Positions 8,033 to 16,937 of a DNA stretch of 20,000 nt are shown piece after piece (position 1 is the stretch's first letter; each line of letters begins with the position of its first letter). The stretch comes from an uncultured virus (IMG/VR IMGVR_UViG_3300029705_000096) (lineage: Duplodnaviria; Heunggongvirae; Uroviricota; Caudoviricetes): the IMG/VR virus record IMGVR_UViG_3300029705_000096, one strand, 5' to 3'. The notes below the pieces were generated by a model. That model saw only the letters and a list, made by a program, of their open reading frames with translations. It ran no database searches and was not told where the DNA came from. A program made the position numbers and the translations under genes.

Positions 8033-8964
8033 TGAGTCTTACGATGAGACGATTTGCTGCAATTGCTCAACTATCGTCAGGTAGTGCAGTTGCGCCTGTT
8101 CTTCGGTACAAGCTCGGAATTATATCGGACTCTCACTCTGGATACACAAATGCAGTTCCGCATTTAACGGCAACCTTGAATACGCTTCATAATCGTGGGG
8201 CGCAAGAAATCGTCACTTGCGGAGATAGTGCTGTAAATGGTACTCAGGCAGAATGGGAGCAGTATATCAGCACAATCGAATCGTCCCCGTACAAGAGAAC
8301 TCAAGTTCATGAGTGCAATGGCAACCACGATGGTGCCGCCCCCGATCTGACCACGTTTAAGCAGTATTCAAACAATGGAGCTTTGGTGGGAAAAGATCCG
8401 TACTTTGCGATCGACCTGTTTGGAGATCGTTTCATTTTCTTGGCTTTCGATGTTGGAACGTCTCCCAGCGGTGGAAACTGCTTCTCAACAGCACAGCTTG
8501 ATTGGCTTGAAGAAGAGCTTCAGGAGCACTACGGCAAAGGGAAGAATGTGTGGATCATTGAACACTCTCTTTTCTATGGTTGGGGTGCTGGTGATATTAT
8601 TTCCGCCCCTAGATACCCAAGAGCCTTGTCCCTTTCCTTTGATAGCCATATCCGCCTGAAATCCATTTTGGAAGCACATCCCAAGCTTATCTTCCTCCAC
8701 GGACATACGCATATTAGGCTTGAAGATGTTTCCGAAGGACTCGTTGCCCATGCACTTCCTGCGGATGCCGGATGCAATCAGATTCACGTCCCTGCTGTTA
8801 CCGCAGGTAAGTTTATTGGAGGCAGCGGCGAACCCTCGGCGGATTTTAGTATGGACCCGGAATGCTGGTACTGCGAAGTTTACACAAACAAGATTGTTTT
8901 CATCGGTCTTAACGGCAATACTGGTGAAGAAATAGCAAACGTTTCTCATACTATTGCAGTCTAA
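8032..8964 (+). CDS. Calcineurin-like metallophosphoesterase
   Basis: All five family motifs appear in order: IISDSH, TCGD, NGNHD, IEH, FLHGHTH. The ATG at 8032 overlaps the upstream stop (TGATG); the track's GTG at 8029 is an alternative start. Confidence 0.85.
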   Translation: MSLTMRRFAAIAQLSSGSAVAPVLRYKLGIISDSHSGYTNAVPHLTATLNTLHNRGAQEIVTCGDSAVNGTQAEWEQYISTIESSPYKRTQVHECNGNHDGAAPDLTTFKQYSNNGALVGKDPYFAIDLFGDRFIFLAFDVGTSPSGGNCFSTAQLDWLEEELQEHYGKGKNVWIIEHSLFYGWGAGDIISAPRYPRALSLSFDSHIRLKSILEAHPKLIFLHGHTHIRLEDVSEGLVAHALPADAGCNQIHVPAVTAGKFIGGSGEPSADFSMDPECWYCEVYTNKIVFIGLNGNTGEEIANVSHTIAV

Positions 8965-8990
8965 GAGAAGCGAAGAGTTGAGGTGTGAAA

Positions 8991-10877
8991 ATGGCAAGAT
9001 ATTACGTTCGAAATCCCGACAATCCTCAGGAGTGGCTGCTTGTAGGTGGTAACGCCAAAGGGGCTGTCCTGTACAACAGACCTCAAACTCTTAGCGAAGA
9101 AGCAAAGAGCGTTGCAAGAGACAATATTGGCTCAGCTTCCAAGGCAATCGTCGGCGATCTTAAAAAACTCAACACTTCGTCAAAGAACGATTTGGTCGAA
9201 GCCATAAACGAAATTCTCAGACTTGTTGGAACAGGAGTCGGAGGAACTGTTGATCCGGAACAGATCGAAAGAATTGTCGAGGATTATTTAGAAAATAATC
9301 CGCCCGAAGATGGTCAGGATGGTATTTCTGCAACGCATAGTTGGGAAGGTACTGTCCTGACCATGACAAGTGCAAGCGGCACATCGAAGGTAGATCTTCA
9401 AGGCCCCAAAGGGGATGACGGAATATCACCGCACATCTACCTCGAACAGATCGATGGCGGACATAGAATCACCATTGAAGATGCTTTCGAAAGAAAAGAG
9501 TTTGTCATCAAGAACGGTTCTGACGGGCGAGATGGTGATAATGGCGCAACGCCAGAACTCAAAATTGGCACCGTTACGACTGTATCCTACGGGGGTGAGG
9601 CAAAAGCAACAATAACGGGAACGGCAGATAAGCCGGTTCTCAACCTATGGCTTCCTTCTGGTCCCGCTGGATCTTCTTCCGAAGGGGATGACGGAAGAGA
9701 AGTTGTCCTTCGTGCTTACGGTGGTTATATCCAATGGCAATATGTTGGTGATACCACTTGGGAAAACATTGTCGCATTGTCTGAAATATCCGGAGACGAT
9801 GGTGTAGGCATCGAAAGTGTAGAGCAGACTACTACCTCTGATGAAGACGGTGGCACAAACAAAATTGTACTGAGACTGTCCGATGGGTCTGAAACTGAAA
9901 TATCAATAAAGAACGGCTCTGCAGGAACACCGGGCAGAACTCCGGTTAAAGGCGAAGACTACTTTACCGATACAGAAAAGCAAGAGATTGCCGAAGAAGC
10001 ATCAAAGCTTGTAACCATCGATCAAGTTCTCCCCACACAAGTCGTTTTCCCCGAAGGACAGACAACGAACTTTGCCATCGGCAAGGTAAAACTGTCGAAT
10101 GGTAGCGCAGAGCTTATTCCTGTAGGAGGAACACTGCAGGACTTCTTCGACAAATTGGTTGAAGAAAAGAACCCCTCTACAACTCAGCCGAAAGTAACGC
10201 TTACGTTCGATCAGGCAAAGGCTTATGAAGTTGGAACAAAAGTCACTCCTACCTATAAAGCCACCCTCAGCGCAGGTTCATACACATACGGACCCGCTAC
10301 AGGAGTTGTAGCATCTGCATGGGAAGTCACTGACACCCAAAACGCTAAAAGAACAACAGCCAGCGGTAGCTTTGATGAAATCCAAATAGTTGATGATATA
10401 AGCTATAAGATTACAGCAAAAGCAACTCACAACGCAGGTGCTGTTCCTGTAACAAACCAGAAGAACCCTTATGCCGCCGGCCAGATTAAATCCGGAACAA
10501 AAAGTGCTACCTCTGGAGCGATGACAGGATATCGAAACGTCTTCTATGGAACAAGAACAGATAAGACAGATCTCACATCTGATAAGATCCGCGCTCTCTC
10601 TGGAAAATCCGGAAAGGCTCTATCAAATGGAAGCACATTTGTGGTTGATGTTCCTGTTGGAGCCTTGCGTGTTGTTATAGCATATCCGGCCACCCTTCAG
10701 GATATTTCTTCTGTAAAAGACGTGAACGGCATGAATGCTGAAATTGCTTCAGGTTTCTCGATGATTACACTTGATGTTTATGGAGTTGATGGATACAAAG
10801 CCATTCCGTACAAAGTGTATATCATGGACTTTGCATCCGCAAATGACACGGCAAACACCCTTGCTGTAACAATCTAA
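8991..10877 (+). CDS. Large tail fibre-like protein with short collagen-like (Gly-X-Y) segments
   Basis: RBS GAGGTG favours the ATG at 8991. Segments 'GQDGIS', 'LQGPKGDDGISP', 'NGSDGRDGDNGATP..IGTVTT', 'GYIQWQY.GD..W.NIV' and 'TPVKGEDYFT'; Thr-rich beta-type C-terminal region. Confidence 0.7.
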   Translation: MARYYVRNPDNPQEWLLVGGNAKGAVLYNRPQTLSEEAKSVARDNIGSASKAIVGDLKKLNTSSKNDLVEAINEILRLVGTGVGGTVDPEQIERIVEDYLENNPPEDGQDGISATHSWEGTVLTMTSASGTSKVDLQGPKGDDGISPHIYLEQIDGGHRITIEDAFERKEFVIKNGSDGRDGDNGATPELKIGTVTTVSYGGEAKATITGTADKPVLNLWLPSGPAGSSSEGDDGREVVLRAYGGYIQWQYVGDTTWENIVALSEISGDDGVGIESVEQTTTSDEDGGTNKIVLRLSDGSETEISIKNGSAGTPGRTPVKGEDYFTDTEKQEIAEEASKLVTIDQVLPTQVVFPEGQTTNFAIGKVKLSNGSAELIPVGGTLQDFFDKLVEEKNPSTTQPKVTLTFDQAKAYEVGTKVTPTYKATLSAGSYTYGPATGVVASAWEVTDTQNAKRTTASGSFDEIQIVDDISYKITAKATHNAGAVPVTNQKNPYAAGQIKSGTKSATSGAMTGYRNVFYGTRTDKTDLTSDKIRALSGKSGKALSNGSTFVVDVPVGALRVVIAYPATLQDISSVKDVNGMNAEIASGFSMITLDVYGVDGYKAIPYKVYIMDFASANDTANTLAVTI

Positions 10878-10889
10878 GGAGGTGGGGAC

Positions 10890-12443
10890 ATGGCTGATTT
10901 CGGAACGCTTAATTTTTCTGTTGCATTCAAACCTACCGGCGCATTTCCCATCAACGCAAATCAGTATTTTGAAAGCTTGGATGAAGCAAGGGCAGCGGCC
11001 GCATCTGCAGAGGAAGTCGGTAGCACAAATACCGTTTATCACTATGGAATGAAGCTCCTTGTTTCTCAGGACGGTGTAGACACATGGTACACAATCCTGA
11101 GAGACGGGACTCTTTCTCCTGAAGGGACAACCGGCCCGTCCGAAGTTGTGCTTGTCATACCCAAGAAATATGACGAGCTGAAAGAACTCCTGAATAATTC
11201 CGCCCTTGTTGCAGGTAGTTTATATCGCATAACCGACTATGTCACCGCAACTACTCAAGAGGCGACCCAGAGCGCAGGACATCAATTTGATATCTTGGTT
11301 CAAGCTCTTACCGCTAGTACGCTTGCCGAAGAAGCGAAAGCAATCCATCACGATGGAGACGAATACTTCTCAAGCAGCAATCTTAATGGATGGCAGCTTT
11401 GGTACACCATAGACAACGACACAAATCGGTTTGCATGGGCAGACGCTGAAAACGGCAAAGGCGTCATCTATCGACTGATAGATGAGTGGGGAAACGAGTG
11501 CCCATATGATTTCAAAAACATCATGATGCAAAATCCTCTTGACGCAGATGATTCTGGGTACTATTACACGTTCGACAACGCAGGAGGAGATCTTTCCCTC
11601 ATTGGTGAACTGTGTTTCTCAAACCACATTGACAAATATATAGATGGTGCTCAGAAGATCAACAGGAATATTTTCATCGCTGCCGGGTTGGAGGTCAGTG
11701 GGAACTCCTTTGACACCCAATGCTACAACAATGTTTTCCGCAGAGCAACAAGGCGGTTGAGCTTTGCTCGTGAATGCTACGGAAATAACTTTCTGGGGCA
11801 CAATCATCTGAGCACGTTCGATACAAAGTTCAGAAATAATACTGTCGGCGGAGAAACACAGTCAATCCAAGTTGGGCAAGGAGCAACCAACAATGTTTTT
11901 GCTAACAACATTTACTATTGCTCGTTCGGCAACTATTTCAAAAACAATGTCCTTTGTAGTTATCTGTACTACAGCACTTTCGGCCATTATATTCAGAACT
12001 GCATATTAGGAGAAAGTGCAGAGCTTCCTGGCCAATACATGAGATTTTTGACATTTGAGAACAATGTCACTTACTTGAATCTCTACAAGGCGGATACTGC
12101 TACAAAATCCTATTTGGAGAATGTAACAATATCCAGCGGCACTTGCGGATCATCTGCTGCGCGAATTATGCTTCTTGTAGAAGAATTGGCGCAGAAATAT
12201 GCAATTACTTTCGGCCTGAACACAAAAGGAATTGTCGAAAAATATTGTGCTGCAGACCTGCCCAGTTCTGCAAATAATTCAGGAGGAGTTAGTTTCAAAA
12301 CAGATGAAACTCTCTCTTTGGTCGATGGGGTGCTCTCTGTCAACACGGCTAATTCTGCTGAAGAAGACAACACAAAACCCATCACATCAGCTGCTGTTCA
12401 TACACAGCTCGGCAACATCGAAGCCCTGCTTCAGACAATATGA
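10890..12443 (+). CDS. Putative receptor-binding/tail protein with an Asn-ladder parallel beta-helix
   Basis: RBS AAGGAGGTG. ~11-residue Asn/Phe repeats (GNSFDTQCYNNVF, GNNFLG, NNTVGG, NNVFAN, CSFGNYFKNNVL, STFGHY) follow a 'GVIYRLIDEWGNECPYDFKNI' domain. Confidence 0.6.
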   Translation: MADFGTLNFSVAFKPTGAFPINANQYFESLDEARAAAASAEEVGSTNTVYHYGMKLLVSQDGVDTWYTILRDGTLSPEGTTGPSEVVLVIPKKYDELKELLNNSALVAGSLYRITDYVTATTQEATQSAGHQFDILVQALTASTLAEEAKAIHHDGDEYFSSSNLNGWQLWYTIDNDTNRFAWADAENGKGVIYRLIDEWGNECPYDFKNIMMQNPLDADDSGYYYTFDNAGGDLSLIGELCFSNHIDKYIDGAQKINRNIFIAAGLEVSGNSFDTQCYNNVFRRATRRLSFARECYGNNFLGHNHLSTFDTKFRNNTVGGETQSIQVGQGATNNVFANNIYYCSFGNYFKNNVLCSYLYYSTFGHYIQNCILGESAELPGQYMRFLTFENNVTYLNLYKADTATKSYLENVTISSGTCGSSAARIMLLVEELAQKYAITFGLNTKGIVEKYCAADLPSSANNSGGVSFKTDETLSLVDGVLSVNTANSAEEDNTKPITSAAVHTQLGNIEALLQTI

Positions 12444-12457
12444 TAGGAGTGTGAATC

Positions 12458-13345
12458 ATGAGCATTGCACAACGAATAAGCACTATTCAAACAGACAGAA
12501 ACACAATCCGAGCCAAGCTGGTTGAACTCGGTCTGGCAACGAACACAGACAAGCTGACTGCTCTTGCGGCTGCGATCGAAGATATCGTCAATCAAGGTGC
12601 AGTATCTGTCGAGATCAAAGAGGGTACAATCTATACGATTCCGGCTGGTTTCCACAACGGCTCTGGTGTCGTAAAAGCTATTTCCGACGCAGCCGGCGAC
12701 GCAGAGACCTACAAGACTCAGGCAAAGGTTGTAACCCCCACAAAGAAACAACAGAGTGTAACGCCCGATGTCGGCTACTATGCTCTGGAATCTGTCACTG
12801 TCTATCCCATTCCTGACGCATATCAAGATGTTACCAGCGTTACCGCAACGGCAGAAGACACACTTACCGGAAAAATCTTTGTTGCAGCGGATGGTACTGT
12901 TGTAACAGGTACTATGCCCAACAATGGCACTGTAGATAAGATCCTCGACTGTACGACTCTTACCTACACAATCCCGAAGGGCATGCACAGCGGCACTGGT
13001 AAGATCCAGATCATTGTAGAAACAAAAACTGTAACTCCCACCAAGGCCGTACAGGAAATCACTCCTACAGATGGAAAGGTACTTTCCAAGGTTACAGTTG
13101 CGGCTATTCCCGATGCATATCAGGACGTCACTCCCGTTGATGCCACAGCGGCAGATGTGGTTGTTGGAAAGACTATCGTTGCCGCCGATGGCACCGTGAT
13201 TGAAGGGGGAATTCCCGTCAATGGCGACGTATCCAGAACAATCGATGGCCTGACAACAACCAGTGTAGAAATTCCTGCAGGAAGCACTACTGGAGGAACC
13301 GTGAGTCTCACAGACGATATTGAAGAAGCTCTTGCGGCTATCTGA
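12458..13345 (+). CDS. Tail protein with an internal tandem duplication
   Basis: RBS AGGAG. Two copies of 'YTIP.G.H.G.G...VTPTK..Q..TP..G..L..VTV..IPDAYQDVT.V.ATA.D...GK..VAADGTV..G..P.NG'. Confidence 0.7.
   Translation: MSIAQRISTIQTDRNTIRAKLVELGLATNTDKLTALAAAIEDIVNQGAVSVEIKEGTIYTIPAGFHNGSGVVKAISDAAGDAETYKTQAKVVTPTKKQQSVTPDVGYYALESVTVYPIPDAYQDVTSVTATAEDTLTGKIFVAADGTVVTGTMPNNGTVDKILDCTTLTYTIPKGMHSGTGKIQIIVETKTVTPTKAVQEITPTDGKVLSKVTVAAIPDAYQDVTPVDATAADVVVGKTIVAADGTVIEGGIPVNGDVSRTIDGLTTTSVEIPAGSTTGGTVSLTDDIEEALAAI
12632..13264 (+). repeat. Two diverged ~100-110-codon intragenic repeats
   Basis: IPDAYQDVT is encoded at 12809 (attcctgacgcatatcaagatgttacc) and 13106 (attcccgatgcatatcaggacgtcact); YTIP starts at 12632 and 12965. 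Confidence 0.8.
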
Positions 13346-13368
13346 GCCCCGGGGCGTGAATCGCCCCG
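13346..13368 (+). other. GC-only intergenic hairpin/palindrome
   Basis: CGGGGCG-tgaat-CGCCCCG (13350-13368) overlaps the perfect palindrome GCCCCGGGGC (13346-13355). No U-tract; immediately followed by the RBS AAGGAGG. Confidence 0.6.
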
Positions 13369-13386
13369 CAAGGAAGGAGGCGCAAC

Positions 13387-13893
13387 ATGAGCATAAAAAG
13401 CGAGATTGAAAGGATTCGTTCCGCCGTTTCCGACCAAGAAAGATTAGTTGGGAGAATACAGGAAGAACTCGCAAAAAAAATAAATGCTTCTCAAGTCAAG
13501 ACTTGCACCCTTACAGTAGCTTCAGATGGGAACGGAATTGTTACAGCAATCTGTGTCACCAGATTTGAAAACGGCGCATTTATTGCAGACAATAGATATA
13601 CCCCAAACAGCATAGTGCCGCAGACCTTCAGCAATGTGGTTTGCGGCAGTGCTATATATATTGAGATTTGCAACTTCGAATCCGCTGCGTTTGAAACATC
13701 CGGAATCTCTGGCAACCCAATAAGCAACGGATATTTTGGACAGATAACAGCACCTGCCGACAATGAATGTCAAATCCGAGCCTACGACCCAAACAAGCAA
13801 GATCAAGCAGGAGTTATACAGAACGAAAATACACTGATCGTAAATAGCGGTGTTACATCTTCTCAGGATGGAAGTACACTGCTAATACTGTAA
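13387..13893 (+). CDS. Tail-associated hypothetical protein with an N-terminal coiled coil
   Basis: RBS AAGGAGG; 'MSIKSEIERIRSAV...IQEELAKK'. The last 27 residues are similar to those of 6109..6609. Confidence 0.65.
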   Translation: MSIKSEIERIRSAVSDQERLVGRIQEELAKKINASQVKTCTLTVASDGNGIVTAICVTRFENGAFIADNRYTPNSIVPQTFSNVVCGSAIYIEICNFESAAFETSGISGNPISNGYFGQITAPADNECQIRAYDPNKQDQAGVIQNENTLIVNSGVTSSQDGSTLLIL

Positions 13894-13906
13894 GGAGGTG
13901 TGGCGG

Positions 13907-14818
13907 ATGAGTATCCTCGAAAACAATACGAGTAGGTTGCAGCAAATACTAGAAGATATAGAAACTCTTCCGACTGCACCCTCTTTGCCTGAACTAGACA
14001 ATCCGGGCGATGGAAACAAGATGCTCGAAGGGTACAAGTTGATCGGCCAGAACGGTGAGGTTGTCACAGGCACAATCCCTGTCGAAGAAGGAAAAACCGT
14101 TACGCCCGGCGAGACCGAGCAGGTTGCCGTGGAAAGCGGAACATATGTATCCGGTGACATTGTCGTTGCTGCAGTAGAAAAGGTGGAAGAGGTCGAACAG
14201 GCCACCCCTGTTATCTCCGTCACCATTGATGGTATAATCACGGCTAGGGCTACGCAGTCGGCAGGTAAAGTGGCGGCTGGCACGAAGACCGCCACCAAGC
14301 AGATGACGGTTCAAGCGGCTAAGACATGGACACCCGGTGCGACAAACCAGACCATTGCCTCTGGTCGGTATCTCACTGGTACACAGACCATCAAGGGCGA
14401 CGCAAACCTGAAAGCAGAAAACATTGTTTCCGGTGTTTCTATCTTTGGGGTTGCTGGTACGGCGGAGACTGGAACGGGTGGGGGTTCTGAAACAGGGGCT
14501 GCCTGCACAGTCCATATTGATAACTCGTCAAGTTATCCTTGCGCTGTTTGTTATGCGAACAGTGATGGAGAAGGAAAGGCAGTGATCGTAAACGATTGGA
14601 CTTCCGATCAAATTGATGCGACCGTGGGGGATATTGTCACCTTTTATTCTCCCTTCGATTCTTTTGCGCCCCCATTGGTGTGTGAGGTACAAGGTTGTAG
14701 CTTTTTGGGTACTACAGAATTCGTCTCAGGCATGGTTCAATGTAGGGTTTGTATGTTCCGCCTAACCTCCGAGAATGCAGATATTTTTGTGTATGATTAT
14801 ACTGGAGACGATACGTGA
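13907..14818 (+). CDS. Tail fibre-like protein
   Basis: RBS AAGGAGGTG places the start at ATG 13907 rather than GTG 13898. Contains the common fibre module 'TPGATNQTIASGRYLTGTQTIKGDANLKAENIVSGVSIFGVAGT'. Confidence 0.7.
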   Translation: MSILENNTSRLQQILEDIETLPTAPSLPELDNPGDGNKMLEGYKLIGQNGEVVTGTIPVEEGKTVTPGETEQVAVESGTYVSGDIVVAAVEKVEEVEQATPVISVTIDGIITARATQSAGKVAAGTKTATKQMTVQAAKTWTPGATNQTIASGRYLTGTQTIKGDANLKAENIVSGVSIFGVAGTAETGTGGGSETGAACTVHIDNSSSYPCAVCYANSDGEGKAVIVNDWTSDQIDATVGDIVTFYSPFDSFAPPLVCEVQGCSFLGTTEFVSGMVQCRVCMFRLTSENADIFVYDYTGDDT

Positions 14819-14835
14819 AAACATGAGGTACAGAT

Positions 14836-15105
14836 GTGAAATACTATATTTTCCATGGGGAAGTGCTGCCCCCCGAAGAAATAACCACATATTTTGGGGA
14901 TAAAACTACTTATCCCTATGCCCAGAAACTGTACTGTGGTGAAATCACCCTTGACGATATTCCCGAAGACCTTCGGGAGACGGTACAGACCGCCGTCAAC
15001 AACCGTATCAACCGGTGGGGTGCGTATGAGGATCAGCTTGTTTCATACAACGACATGAAGGAAGCACTGCAAGAAATTGATAGAGAGGATAATACAAATG
15101 GCTGA
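14836..15105 (+). CDS. Small protein with a CD1375-like motif
   Basis: 'YAQKLYCGEITLDDIPEDLRETV' resembles the Y..I..G..T..DVP..LR..V motif of small tail-region proteins in clostridial phages; RBS GAGGT. Confidence 0.5.
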   Translation: MKYYIFHGEVLPPEEITTYFGDKTTYPYAQKLYCGEITLDDIPEDLRETVQTAVNNRINRWGAYEDQLVSYNDMKEALQEIDREDNTNG

Positions 15106-15769
15106 TGTTCCTATTTTAAGAATATGGAATCCTGAAACAGGAAGGTATGAAGGCGTTTCTCAGATCAAGGGGGACGACGGAAGAGGCATTACATCTGTAT
15201 CATATGACGAAACAAACGACGAGTGGGTTATTGCTTATACAGATGGAACAACGGATAGACTTGGCGCTTCGTCAAGCAAGAAATACCCCTACATTTCAGA
15301 AATCAATATTTCAGGATCTTCTGTCGAAGTCGTCACAGTAACGGCAAAAGACGAAACGGATGTTCAAACTTTCTCCATTCCAAGCAAGCTGAGTGACCTC
15401 AAGGGCGACACTACGCACAGAACCGTGACCGATACCCAGATAGACACATGGAATTCAAAGTCATCGTTCTCTGGATCGTTTAAGGACCTGTCCGATCTTC
15501 CGAGTAAAATTGTTAAAGAAATTAACTTCACAACTTACGATGGACTCTGGATATATTATGCCGATGGCTCATCTGCTCATTTCCCTCAGGATAATATAAG
15601 TGCTCACTCGCACACAGCAGACAAAATTAGTGGCGGCATACTCGGCGGGCAAGTCGCCGCAAACTCACTTCATCAATCTCCGGGCGAATATCTAGTCCGC
15701 AATCAGAAACTCTCTGCTACCGATGATGAGCCTACGGTTGAAGGAGAGATCTGTTGGATTTACTCGTAA
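15098..15769 (+). CDS. Tail fibre-like hypothetical protein
   Basis: RBS GAGGA favours ATG 15098. Motifs 'IKGDDGRGITSV', 'IPSKLSDL..D.THRTVTD.Q..TWN.KS.FSGS..DL', 'AHSHTA..I.GG' and C-terminal 'EPTVEGEICW.Y'. Confidence 0.65.
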   Translation: MADVPILRIWNPETGRYEGVSQIKGDDGRGITSVSYDETNDEWVIAYTDGTTDRLGASSSKKYPYISEINISGSSVEVVTVTAKDETDVQTFSIPSKLSDLKGDTTHRTVTDTQIDTWNSKSSFSGSFKDLSDLPSKIVKEINFTTYDGLWIYYADGSSAHFPQDNISAHSHTADKISGGILGGQVAANSLHQSPGEYLVRNQKLSATDDEPTVEGEICWIYS

Positions 15770-15781
15770 GGGGGTGAGTAT

Positions 15782-16576
15782 TTGGCAGAGACATTGTTAG
15801 CCATCATCTCCATTACCGGAAATGGAATACAGGACGTAACCTATGTCGAAATTGACGGAGAACAATACTTTGGAGATGAAGAGATAGAAGTACCCCTTGG
15901 CACAGAAGTCCGATGTGCTTACTTTGGTGGATATCTTTATTTGAATGGCGAATTGAGCGACATGAACAGTGAACACACGTTTGAGGCTACAGGAAATGTA
16001 GGTATCACATTCGTCGATTCTGGCGCATCAATTGAAGTCGAAATGGATAATTCCGAAGGCGATCCAGAACTCACAGGAGAGCACACGGCGATGGTTGGAG
16101 CGACAGTCTATCCAATCACAGAAGGAATCTGCCTTGCAGATGGCACTGGATATAAGATCGACATGGGAAGAACAATGGTCAATGGCACTATTTATGATGT
16201 CTCGTGGAAACGGACGATAAGAATAACTGGTGCCGGACGAGCAAAAAGCTATGACGAAAATTACGATAATTACTACGGCTGCTTTGTCGAATTAGAAGAT
16301 GGCACGTCTTATCCGGTTGCAAATGGACAAGTCAGAATTCCAGTTGACGTCACCATAGATGTTAATCAGGGAGATGTTCTGATTCTCCAAACCACGAATT
16401 CTGTCAACCTGAAATCTTATATCTATTTGAACGGAGAAGAACCTGACGGGATCGAGGTATCCACGTCTGGAGGTAGAACGGACAAAAGATTTGAATATCG
16501 AGTGACAAAGAATGCGACCATTACACTCGAATACAATCTAAATACTTTGCCAAACAGAATTTACATCGAGGATTAA
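15782..16576 (+). CDS. Hypothetical tail-region protein with two similar beta-rich domains
   Basis: TTG start with RBS GGGGGTG. 'ISITGNG...YVEIDG...LYLNGE...FEATGN..ITF' is echoed by 'IRITGAG...FVELEDG...IYLNGE...YRVTKN.TITL'. Confidence 0.65.
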   Translation: MAETLLAIISITGNGIQDVTYVEIDGEQYFGDEEIEVPLGTEVRCAYFGGYLYLNGELSDMNSEHTFEATGNVGITFVDSGASIEVEMDNSEGDPELTGEHTAMVGATVYPITEGICLADGTGYKIDMGRTMVNGTIYDVSWKRTIRITGAGRAKSYDENYDNYYGCFVELEDGTSYPVANGQVRIPVDVTIDVNQGDVLILQTTNSVNLKSYIYLNGEEPDGIEVSTSGGRTDKRFEYRVTKNATITLEYNLNTLPNRIYIED

Positions 16577-16589
16577 GGAGAGAACACCA

Positions 16590-16937
16590 GTGATCTATAT
16601 TAACATCAACGGCGATCAATATCCTGCCAAAGTACGCGGATTTGTCAGAGATCCCAATTGGAATAATCGAGACAGCAAAGAAATCACTTTATCGATGACT
16701 TATGAAAATGCACTTGCCATTTTTGTAGACGATGTGGACTGGGAGATTGTCTATCAAGCAAAGAGCTACACCAATGAAGATGGCGAGACAATAACCCCCG
16801 ACCCTGCAATCTACGATAATAGCGATTGGTGTCTTGCTGGACCGATCACCGACAATCGGGATGGAACCGTAACAGTTAAAATGGGAAAAATTACAGCCGA
16901 AGAAGCCTTGGCTGAACTTCTGGAGGTATTGGCATGA
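16590..16937 (+). CDS. Hypothetical protein (tail-region, assembly-chaperone-like position)
   Basis: GTG start with RBS AAGGAG; 115 aa ending 'AGPITDNRDGTVTVKMGK'. Confidence 0.65.
   Translation: MIYININGDQYPAKVRGFVRDPNWNNRDSKEITLSMTYENALAIFVDDVDWEIVYQAKSYTNEDGETITPDPAIYDNSDWCLAGPITDNRDGTVTVKMGKITAEEALAELLEVLA

Noticed and set aside
13200..13380. Possible DGR variable region plus IMH hairpin
   Set aside because: No template repeat with adenine-specific mismatches and no reverse transcriptase in the window. The upstream C-terminus is not lectin-like, and the intragenic repeats differ at synonymous sites of all bases.
12431..13474. 347-aa minus-strand ORF
   Set aside because: Antisense shadow of a Thr/Ala/Val-rich tail gene; no supporting motif.
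13473..13480. A8 run as a frameshift or phase-variation site
   Set aside because: The -1 frame closes after about 30 codons, the zero-frame gene is intact, and the run simply encodes Lys-Lys.
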